This document shows positions 8,513 to 18,878 of a stretch of 64,000 nt of DNA, one piece after another. Position numbers and translations under genes: made by a program. A model generated the notes under the pieces. That model was not told where the DNA came from. It worked only from the letters and a program-made list of their open reading frames with translations, and ran no database searches. The DNA is taken from positions 158,906,001-158,970,000 of the forward strand of contig OZ038378.1 in NCBI GenBank assembly GCA_964036045.1, read 5' to 3'. Origin of the DNA: Eutreptiella sp. 'Long Island Sound 2002'. Lineage: Eukaryota > Protista > Euglenida. Each line of letters begins with the position of its first letter. Position 1 is the stretch's first letter.

Positions 8513-11500
8513 ACCGCAGCAGTGGACATCAAACAAATCGAGCCCACGGAGCTCGATGCTCTGGTGGGGGCATTCTCCGGCAAGACAGATCTCGAACTGG
8601 CAGATCAACTGCAGGCAGATATCGATGCATTGAAAGCCAAACAAGATGCAGGGCAGGTGTTCGCGTGTCTTGGCTGGGAAAGGAGACAGGCGGGGAGGCA
8701 ATGGGGGGGGGGGGCTTACATGTTGGGCTGGACCCCAACCCCCGCCCCGCTCCCCCCGAGTGAAGGGTCACGCGAGTATGAAAATTTTTTGGTAAATTTT
8801 TTTTTCTGAGTCTTACGCAAGTCGCCCGTGTGAGACTTAAAAAAAAAGACAAAAAATATAAGTTTTTTTTGAGTGTTATCACAAGTGTATCCCAAAAAAG
8901 TCAAATTGCTTATTTTCGCTTCCGAGCCCCCCCTTTTTTGGGCCTTCCCGGGTAAGTAGCCATTGCGACCCAAACTAAGGAACCCAATTTTTTTTATGCC
9001 CACTTGAGACACCGCTGATTTTCTCCCCCACTGTGAAGCGTAGGGTACCCCCCAGACGGGAGGGGTTGTGTCGCCAATCCGCCACTTGTGGGCTACTTCT
9101 GACCCCGGGGGGGCGGCCGGGCCGGGTCCTTGTATGCGACCCCCCCCAGCCCCCCCCCCCCCCCGGGGTTTTGAAAGATAGTGGTGCCGGGTCGGCCCCC
9201 AACAAGTGTCCCTAGAGAAAACTGTCCGGTGCTGAAGGCGCCAATTTTTTTTTTTCATACTATGTGTTTATACTCAAAATCCTCAAAATTTTGTAGAGAA
9301 TTTATATTTGTGTTAAAACAACAAGAAAAATTTTTGACCTGAAGGAGGGCTACAGGAAGGCTACAGGCCCTAACAGCAACCCTAACCCTAACTCTAACCC
9401 TAACCCTAGGGCTAACCCTAACCCTAACCTTAACCCTGTCCCTAACCCCCCCCCCCTTCACCCCTGGCTGGACGCCCCCCTGACCCCTGGCCAGACCCCC
9501 CCCCGACCCCCAGCAGGAACACCCCCCCCCCCGACCCCCGGCAGGACCCCCCCCCCCCCACCCCGGGCTGGACCCCCCCCAGCTGGACCCCCCCCGACCC
9601 CCGGCTGGACCCCCCCCCCCACTGCCCCCCCCCCCCCCCGAGTTTTGACAGATAGCTGGGGGGGTGGTCGCATCAGGACCGTTGGTAGTCGCCCCCCCGG
9701 GCTTCTGACTTTGTCCCCCGCTCTGAAGCGTCGGGACCCTACAGACAGCAGGGGTTGTGGAGCCAATCTGCCCGCTTGTAGGCCACTTCTCATTTTCTCC
9801 CCCACTCTGAAGCGTAGGAGACCCCCTAGATGGCAGGGGTTATGTAGCCAATCCGCCCACTTGTAGCTCACGTCTGATTTCCTCCCCTGCTCTGAAGCTC
9901 TGAAGCGTAGGGGACCCCCCACACGGCAGGGGTTATCTAGCCCATCTGCCCATTTGTGGGCCACTTCTGATTTTCTTTACCGCTCTTAAGCGTAGGGTAC
10001 CCCTGAGACGGTAGCCAATCTGCCCACTTGTGGGCCATTTCCGATTTTCTCCGTTGCTCCAACGTGTAGGAGACCCCCTAGAGGGCAGGGGTTATGTCGC
10101 CAATCCTCCCACTTGTGGACCACTGCTGATTTTCTCACCCACTCTTGAAGCATTGGGAACCCCCTAGACGGCAAGGGTTATGTAGCCAATCATGTAGCCA
10201 ATCTGCCCACTTGTGGGCCACTTCTGTTGTTCCTGCTGTGAAGCTTAGGGGACTCCCCGTATAGTAGAGGGTATGTAGCCAATCCGCCCACTTGTAGGCC
10301 ACTTCTAATATCCCCCCCCCCCCGCTCTGAAGCGTTGGGAACCCCTGAGACAGCAGGGGTTATGTAGCCAACATGCCCACTTGTGGGGCTCCCAAAATGT
10401 TGGGGCAGCTCCCCGGAGCTGTTTGAGAGGCACTTACCCCCTCCTCCTCCACCTGTGGGCCTTTGCGTGCCTGCCCCGCCACTTGTGGGCCTTTGCGTGC
10501 CTGCCCCGCCACTGTGCCAGGGCCGGCCGGGGCCGACGAGGCGGCCGGCTGGAGCCGCTTGAGGAAGGCTCTAGGGCCAAGCCCCGCCCCCGTGGCGGCG
10601 ATCACTGCGGCGGAAGTGGCAGCGGTGGTGGCAGTGACGTTTGCAGAGGTCATCGATGACCTATGCCCCTGAGCTAGCCCCAACATCAGCACCACACAAG
10701 ATGTGCAGGACGAATTCGCCATGGCGCCACCCAACTTATTTGCTCTCATGCACTGTGTTACCGGGGGGCGGGTGATGTGGCGTCACACTTGGCGCTGTCA
10801 TGTGTTGTCGTGGTCGTGGCAGCCGCTCTGCATCCGGTTGTGCCGCACATACCTCATCCGGGACCCATTCGGGTCCCCACCGTTGTTTGTGGAGCTTTCA
10901 GCACCATCGCAGGCGATGCCATTGCGATGCCACTGTCATCGTGCAACGCTACTTTGGCCTTCTTGGGCTGGGGCGGCGCGGGCCTCGCCCCAGTGTCAGC
11001 GGGGAGTGTGATGTGCGCCGGTTGGCCCGCTGGGCAGCACACAGGGCGCGGGGCGGCATCAACGCCACATGGGATGAAGCGCCACTCCCCGCAGCTCGAG
11101 TAGAGGAGGTGGACCGCACCGCCGTAGGCAAGGCTGCGGCATTCAAGACAAAGCGGGGCGAGGGTCTTCTGCCCCGGCGACTGCGCCTCCAACCCCTGAT
11201 TTGCACCGCCGCCTGGCCCGCACAAGGGGCATACCTTAGGGTACTCCGGTAGCCCACGTCACATGCAGCAGGGACCTTTTGGGCTTTTTTTTGCGGCACT
11301 TTTTTGTTTCCGGTGCTACCTGTTGAACACCAGCGTGCCCTGCTTCTATACGTCCTGGTCGCACCTCAACGTGAACCTACATAAAAAAAAGGAACAAAGC
11401 GACTGATGATGGCCTCATTCTTGGGCATTCTGGGACGTGACACCATGGTCCCAAGAGCTTCCCACAAGTGGGCAGATTGGCTACATAAGTCCTACTGTCT

Positions 11501-14500
11501 AGGGCGTCCCCAACGCTTCAAAATGGGGGAGAAAATCAGCCATGGCCCATAAGTGGGATGATTGGCGACATAAACCCTGGCACCTTGGGGGTGCCCGACG
11601 CTTTAGAGTTGGAGAGAAAATGAGCAATGGCCCTCTCAGTTGGCCAAAATTTTGTAAGCAAATACTTTCAAGCGAGGAGTGCCCATAAACCAAAAGTTAG
11701 CATATTCCCCACAGGAGTGCGAAGTCTGTTTCTCTATGCATTGCGCACCACCATGCGGTGCCCACAAGTGCAGAAAATACACCCATGGCCAACACTCACA
11801 CCTCTCATGGGGAAAAAAGGCATATGTGTGCCCTAATCCGCCCACCTTTACACTTGTGCCCAATGTAATTCCAAGCGGTACCTGTGGTGCACACACTGTG
11901 GTGGATGTGCTTTTTGCTTGTGTACCATTGATCGTCTTGATAGAGGTGGGGTCACTCATGACACAATTCTTTGGATTCACCATTCTGCCGATGGAGAGCC
12001 TGCTACATCCCCCACCGTTGCACATGATGATGGCTGCAACACGGCACCGGTGGTACAAGCTCCCGCCCGCCCCAAAAAGCAGCACAAGGTTCGCACAAGG
12101 GCAGACTCTTCTGTGTTCACCACCACTCGCACCACGCGTTCTGGGCGTCTCAAGAAGCCCCCTCCTCCAAAGGATGGTGGGTATCATTTCGAATGTCACC
12201 AAAGCCTCATTGGTGGCAGCGTGCTTTTTTCCTAACGAACAGCAATTATTCGTCCAAGGTTCATAGGTTCGTTTTGGGGGCAGTTGTTGAGCCCCCCATG
12301 CATGTGCGGTTGTGGGATGCCAAGGGAAGTGAGTTGTTCATGCGGCCTATTATTCAACAATTTCGCGACAAAGGCATCCCACAGGTCGGCACACTAGCCC
12401 AAGACCTTTGGCCGGCATGCACACAAAAGATTAGCTTGTTAGTTGGTTGGTTAGGGTCTGTCAGGTTCAATGGAGAAGGAAGGGGCAAACACACAGAAGA
12501 TTAGCAGTCAGCAAAGAGCAAGAAGCAGAGGGAATAGGAGAGGAAGGGGGTTGAGCGAGAACCAATGAATATTGGATACTCTGCACTTGAAAACGCAGTG
12601 TACAATGGGTTGCTTGTTGTAATAGTAGGGAGAGGGGAGAGGCAATGGAAACTAAAAAGAACGGGCATGGCACCTCGGGAAGGCCGTTCACAATGTCTTG
12701 AACGTGCGTCACAAAGGCCGGTGGCATGCGCTCAAGGGTGAACTTGCCCAAAAGTACACAAGGAATGACCCCACGCTGTGACGCCTTCTTGAAGGCACGT
12801 CTCCAAGCTTGGATGGATGACCACCGCATTTGTGCCTACCAAGAGGTGGTTTGGTGCATGGGAGAGGTCCTTGAGCCAACAACCAACGAATATGTTGTAC
12901 ACCTGCTACTTGTGGTGTATTCAACGCCCACCTATTGATCCTCCTATCCTTGTTATCATCCATCTGCGCCGCGGCTCCATTGCGCTGCCCATGCTTGGGG
13001 TACCCAAAGTGTCCATTGGGATTGTGTTTGCCTCACTTCACCTCTCCAAGTCGCAATGGCGTTTAGATTGGATTTTTCCCCCTCAACGGTCGCGTTGACA
13101 CTCAAAAAAAAATTCTGGGGGTGCACTTGTGCCGACACTAACAAAAAATAATATAAAAAGATATATATTTTTGAGTGCCACGGGAGTACACTCGCGTGAC
13201 ACCTGTCAACACCCACGTGATATTTTCCCCCCCTCCCCCCACCCCCAGGTACCCCCAATCCACACCAATTGTGAACAATGAGGAACAACCAACTTCGGTG
13301 CTAGTGGCATCTGCAAATATTTTTTGGCCTCCATACACAGAGTTTCTTCCCTGCCAGGTGTTTGCACCTAAGTTCTCAGCTTTGAATGGACAATTCAAAT
13401 ATACGCGAAATGTGCGTGCATTGCATACCTATTTTATCCCCCCCCCCCCGCCCCCAAACGGCAAGGGTTACATAGCCATGCCATTTCTCCCCGAATTAGT
13501 AGGGGTTTAGTGTGTATGAGGAAGCTCCATCACGTCTCAAACCTGTGCCAAGGGAGCCAAGTGCCCAGCTAAGGCAAGGACTTTTGGGCCAGGATGGAGG
13601 AAACGGCGAGGCATAACCTGACACGTTGTACAGATTGTGGATATTTTAACCCCAAGTGCTATTGTATGTTGTTGGCCCTTGTCCCTGGCCACGTGAAGAA
13701 ACGCCGCACAGCTTGTACATGTTTTGAGGTATGGTGGATGGAATGGTGCAGTGTGCCTGGCACAAAGGGTTGCAAACAGTGCAATGTCCTGTTCAATTGC
13801 CATGTGTCTTATACTTATGGCTAGCTGCCTTTGCTGCCTCAGTTGTGCGTCTGTGGGAATGTCCTACTAATGTTTCATGTGTGATGAATGGTAAAAGGAT
13901 ATTTGTGTGGATTCAAAGTGCTCAAAATGAAACAGGGAAGGCAAAAATGCCCCTAAAATCCAAAGAAGAGTTTGGCCAACATTACAGACACGTATTAATG
14001 TAGGGTTACTTTGTGCGTCATGGTATGGTGCAATGGTTTGGTGTGGTGTGGTGTTGTGTGGTGTGGTGCGGTGTGGTGTGGTGTGGTGTGGTGTGCGTAC
14101 CCCCCCCCCCCCCGACAGCTTCACAAGTCAGTGCTTGTCGTCGATGCTAATGCGGACTAACTCCGTTGTTGCTACTGCCCCCAAATCGTGGTTGGTTGGT
14201 ATCCCTATTCGTCCGGGTCGTCTGTTAAGCTGTGGACAATCTCAGGCAGCCGTGGGGCCCATGGGGACGTGCTCGTTGGTGGGGCCCCCGCTCGGGCATG
14301 GCTGCCGGTAACACCTGTAGACGGCATGATAATGGCTCTATCCTATCCTATCCCATCCTATGGTATGTTATGGTATGGTATGGTGTGGTGTGGTGTGGTG
14401 TGGTGTGGTGTGGTGTGGTGTGGTGTGGTGTGGTGTGGTGTGGTGTGGTGTGGTGTGGTGTGGTGTGGTATGGTATGGTGTGGTGTGGTGTGGTGTGGTA

Positions 14501-17500
14501 TTGGTATGGTATGGTTGCTTTGCATTGCATTGCATTGCGTTGCATTACGGTCTGTCTTTATGGTATTTATTTATGGTAGTTTGTGGTGTGGGATTGCCGG
14601 CATGAGGGCTGTCAGAAGTGCTGGACCATCTCCTGGGGTGCAATGCCTCCTTGGAGTCTTTGCCCTTCAATCCTGGTTACGACCGGGCCTGTGCTACAGT
14701 GATGAAACATGAGCCCTGCTGTTGAATGCATAGATGCGTTGGCAATGGGCCCAATATGGACACCTGAGTCCCACACTACGAGTCTAAGTGCCTATGGGCT
14801 GCATTCACGTTCACAGGCACCCGTTCCGAAAGAAGCTTCTGGACTCAAGACAACACTGGAGAACATAGCAGGGGGTATGGGCCAGGTCCTGACCTACAAT
14901 TTCGTGATCATCATTGGATTCTTCGTGTGGTTTGTGTCGGCTGTTGGTATGTCTTGCTGGGCTGTAGGGCCGTGGGGTTGTAGGGCTGTAGATGTGTTTC
15001 GTAGATTGCGGAACTGCAGGGCTGCAGAGCCGTACGTGTTTCGTGTTACACACTATTTTATGAGTGTATGGCTGTGCAGGTGTTTTCATGGGCCACGGGT
15101 ATGTGTTGCACAGGCCGCTCACGTTGGCAGACTCTTGCCCCAGCTTTGGCCTTGGTGGCATTCGTTTCCACGAGTGTTTTCGCCACCACATCCCTAAAGG
15201 CCCCTAAAGGCCCAACGTTTCCCACCATCAGCAAACTCAGTGGTTAGTTGACAGTCGGATCCAGTGAAATTAGCAATGGCGCTGGTCTGTGACGTGCGGC
15301 CGCAATTTTACCGTCCATTGCCTGCTCAGCGGCGTGTCCACAGGCATCTTCGTGTCTCATCCTTGTGACAGAAAGGGACCTCTGGTCTTGTAGGCCACTG
15401 ACGAGCCAAATTTTCTTTCTGCGCTTTTGTGCTGATTGCCTCTTGTGCACACGTGTGATAGCCCAGAGTTCCTTCGGGGGGGTGGGGGCGGGGGGGGGCG
15501 TCACATCCAGCACAGCCCCAACACACCAACCACAGGGCTGCGTGAACGCAGAAACGACACCAGCGGGAGCACTGTCCGCAGCGGCCGACAGAACGCAGCG
15601 ACCCGACGCAACATGCAAGGGAGAGCTTGACGGAATAAACCGGACAGGGTTTTGGCAGACGTACCGGCTCGGCGGACAGGTGGCCGGCCGATTGGCTGGC
15701 CCACAGTCTGGCCGGACACCTGGCCGGCCGGCCGGCGGGCCGACTGTCTGGTTCATTCCGGTAACCCCCCCCCTATCAATCACCCTTGTCCCCCACATAC
15801 CAACAACGCCTCTTATGTACAAAACAGTAGAGATCAGGCTTTGGGTCAAAGTTTAGTGTTAGGGTTAGCCTCGCATAGGGCCCATCTTCACTTTTAGGGT
15901 CAGGGTTACTACATCATGCTCCATGTCGCTTCATTTCAGCTCCTCGTCTGTGGCCACTGTGGGAGTCTTGTTATTTTAGGGGGGTGCGGGGGCTGGCCCC
16001 CGCGTTGTTATTTTAGGGGGGTGTGGGGGCTGGTCCCCGCGTCGAGCGAAGCGAGCTGAAGTGAGGATTCCTGCCTAGGGGTAGGGTTAGGGTCACCGAG
16101 CTGGTGGAACGAGTTTTGGTTTTATAAACCTCTTTAGTGTCTAGGGTGGACCTAACGGGTTTGGCAAGCAAGCAAGCAAGCAAGCAGCAAGCACGCGAAA
16201 TGGGCAAAAATCACAGCTCCGTCGTGGTGCTTTGGATTCGGGACAACCACACGAAGTATGAGCCAAAAACTCAACGGTGGCAACCGGGAACGGGCGTCGC
16301 AAGTGCCGGACTTCCATTTCAAAATCTGCAATTTAGGGCCAAAATCAGCCTTTTTTTGCCCAAAACCGCCCTAGAACCAGCTACAAACGGCCAAATGAAG
16401 GGAAATAGTGGCTACTCTACACATGCAACTAGACTTCCTTGTGCCAAAGGGCCCTCTAGGGCCCTCTAACTCCACAATATGTCCGCGAACCGCCCCCAAA
16501 AGGCCCCCAAAAGCCCCAGAATTTGTGAACATTGGCCGCCGACAGCCCCAAACCAAAAACAGACTATATCTTGGGCTACGTGGCTCCAAATGCGATTTCA
16601 AGCGCACGTAATCCACCCACAACCACCCACTTTTGGTGGTTTCCACCCCTCAAAATTGCCCAAACCGACGCCTATAGACCCGTGTACCTAGGCCTAGTGG
16701 GCTGCGGCAAGCTGCAGGAGGTAACCCGAAGAGGTGGGTGCCAAAATGGGTCAACAAGGTCCACCCGGTGCAAGAAAATGACTTTTTTCAAAAATGATCC
16801 TAGACCACATGAAATGCTAAAACAAGTGTTTTTGGCGCGTTTTGAGCTCGTGGTGGCCCGTTTTAGCCCTCCTAAAATCTCAAAATACCTTGAAAATGGG
16901 CGGTTTTGGGACAAAAAATGGGTCAAGAATGGGTCAAAAATGTGTATTTCCAAAAATGATCCTGGACCATTTGGGGTGCCAAAACAAGTGAAATGAGCCC
17001 ATTTTGAGCCCATTGCAAGCCATTTTGGCCCCTCCAAAGTCACAAACTGCCTTGAAAATGGGTTATTTTGCGACCTAAATTCATAAAAAATGGGTCAAAA
17101 ATGTGTTTTTTTCAAAGATCATTTTGGACTATTTGGGGTGGACAACTAAGTGGAATGGGCCCATTTTGAGCCCATGTTGAGCAATTTTGGCCCCTCTCAA
17201 GGCTGAAAGGGCCTTGAAAATGGGCCAATTTGGGACCACAAGTGGCTCAAAAACGGGTCAAAACCATAGTTTCCCAAACATGATCCTAGTCCAGTTGTGG
17301 TGCCCAAATGGATGAATATAGCTCATTTTGAGCCCATTTTGAGCCGCTCTCATCCACTTTCCAGTGTGTACCTCATTTGTTGTTGAAGTCTCCTAGACGA
17401 TGTTCCTTCCCCCACCAGCTCGGTCCCAATATTCAATCTTGGTTAGGGTTAGGGTTACTGTGGGGTTGCGGTTTCGGTACCGTTTGGTTTGGGTGTGTGG

Positions 17501-18878
17501 TTGGTAGTACTAGTTAACATAGGGGGGTTGCCGGAACGAACTGGACAGTCGGCCGGCCGGTCGGCCAGCCGACTGTGTGGCCGGACAGTCGGCCGGCTGC
17601 TTGTCCGCCGAGCCGGTACGTCTGCTGAAGACCATGTCCAGCTTATTCCGGAAAGCTCAAAGGGAGGAACGGGTGACTGTCCAGGGCCCCGTAAAGAAAC
17701 AACAACCGGACGGAATGTTACACACGGGGGCTCAGGCCCCGGATGACAGGAGGCCCCGCCCCCCAACAGACTGTCCATGTTGCTGTGCTCCCAGGGGGCG
17801 GGGGCGGGGGCGGGGGGGGGGGGGGGGTGAAGCCGAGGGGTTGAGAGGTCGAGACAAGGAGGCGGCTGCTTCAGAATGGGGCCAATTCCACCGCCCAGTG
17901 CCGCGGGCTTTGGCAACCATAGGGCTGCAGGCGGCCCTGTCCCTGTGAAGATGGTTGCCCCCCCCCCCCCCCAGGGCAATGGCCCTTAGCTCGTGGCTTG
18001 GGGCAGCAGCAGGGCCCCAGGCCCATATGCAGGCCTGCGCCGGCCCGCCCTGCAGGCTCCGCTACGCATGAGGGCCTTTGCAGCGATGCACTGGATATGC
18101 TTTGCATCTCAGCCCACGCCGCGAGCGCTGCCGAGGGGGCCCTGGAGGTGGGGTTCTTTACGCGCGGCGCAGTTGGCGATCACCGCACCTGCTTGTGGGG
18201 CCGCATTGCCGCCCAGCCTCGCCAGCCACACCTGGCAATGGCTGTTCAAGTCTCAGATGTGCTCCAACGCAGCCCCAAGTGCACAAGAAGTACCGCCATT
18301 GAGTCAATGACCCGGTGAGTGAACGACATATCGAAGAGAGGAAGGAGGCGCGCAGTTGAGGGAATCAATGCATGGGGGAGTGACGTGACGTGAGGCGGGG
18401 CAAGGGGCCGTGAGTGAGTGAGCGACCGACCGACCGAATGCATGTGCAGGACTGGGGCAGTGCCCCGCTGCGGAATGTGTTTTTCGGCATTGGATTCCGC
18501 AATTTTTGGGGGTTCCCGGAGAGGGGGCCGCTAGGCCGGCGCGGAGAGGGCACCCTTGTTGAGCAAAAGCGAAAAGCCCGGGCCCGGGCTCGGGGTCCGG
18601 TAGGGGCTCAAAATTGGTTTTCACGTTTTTCACTGACATTCGAATTCTGCACATAAATCTGAGTTTTTTGAGTATACACACGTAGAGTGGAAGAGCTTGC
18701 CCCACGTCCCAATGTTGTGTTTTCGCTTGCAGTTGGGCAATACGCGTTCAAGAACGATATGCTGCTGCTGGCGTTCCAGAGCAAGTGGGACGTGCTGATC
18801 CTGCCCCTCCTGAGCACCCACATGGGCTTGACTTTCCTGAGCAAAGGGATCGAGACTGTATCCGACCAAATGGATTGA
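8513..18878 (+). CDS. Host gene, last three exons (8513-8656, 14817-14946, 18733-18878): protein with a C-terminal two-helix membrane domain
   Basis: GT-AG introns with matching phases (0, then 1). Spliced reading: ...DIDALKAKQDAGQ|APVPKEASGLKTTLENIAGGMGQVLTYNFVIIIGFFVWFVSAV|VGQYAFKNDMLLLAFQSKWDVLILPLLSTHMGLTFLSKGIETVSDQMD*. The last exon is strongly GC3-biased. The 5' exons were not identified. Confidence 0.75.
9104..9701. mobile_element. MITE-2 with 8-bp TSD, inserted in a satellite unit, containing a telomeric repeat array
   Basis: Ends CCCGGGGGGGCG / CGCCCCCCCGGG with further imperfect TIR. TSD CTTCTGAC at 9096-9103 and 9702-9709. GGTGCTGAAGGCGCC at 9228-9242. (CCCTAA)n at 9368-9446. Confidence 0.85.
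9368..9446 (+). repeat. Interstitial telomeric repeat (CCCTAA)n, degenerate
   Basis: About a dozen CCCTAA-like units. Confidence 0.9.
9702..10440 (+). repeat. Diverged array of the same 85-bp satellite (a partial unit also lies at about 9015-9100)
   Basis: Repeated GGTTATGTAGCCAATCYGCCCACTTGTRGGCCACTTCT...GAAGCGTAGG motifs. Confidence 0.8.
11455..11640 (-). repeat. 85-bp satellite in inverted orientation, about 2 units
   Basis: CCCACAAGTGGGCAGATTGGCTACATAA is the reverse complement of the unit core. Confidence 0.75.
14037..14550. repeat. Pentanucleotide microsatellites (TGTGG)n, (TGGTA)n and (TGCAT)n
   Basis: Long pure TGTGG run at about 14384-14498 and a shorter one at 14037-14095. Confidence 0.95.
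15623..17658. mobile_element. 2.0-kb non-autonomous element with long (about 170 bp) TIRs, Mutator-like
   Basis: Left GAGCTTGACGGAATAAACCGGACA...GCAGACGTACCGGCTCGGCGGACA matches the reverse complement of the right end. Flanks CAAGGGA / AAAGGGA. The joined flanks match an uninterrupted repeat at about 38420-38565. Confidence 0.75.
16790..17350 (+). repeat. About 161-bp tandem repeat, about 3.5 diverged copies with A/T tracts
   Basis: AAAATGATCC-type anchors near 16791, 16953, 17114 and 17276; recurring CCTTGAAAATGGG and TTTTGAGCCC. Confidence 0.75.

Noticed and set aside
8803-8811. TTTCTGAGT resembling part of the Euglena spliced leader
   Set aside because: Only 9 nt match; the rest of the leader, donor site and Sm site are absent.
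9368-9446. Telomeric repeats as a true chromosome end or scaffold join
   Set aside because: They are short, degenerate and enclosed by TIRs with a perfect TSD.
11402-11430. CTGATGA as a hammerhead ribozyme core (also near 36746)
   Set aside because: No properly placed GAAA or flanking stems could be built.
12489-12506. ACAGAAGATTAGCA resembling the U6 snRNA core
   Set aside because: It lacks the exact ACAGAGA box and all flanking U6 sequence.
14188-14712. Val/Trp/Cys/Gly-repeat ORFs
   Set aside because: These are translations of the (TGTGG)n microsatellite.
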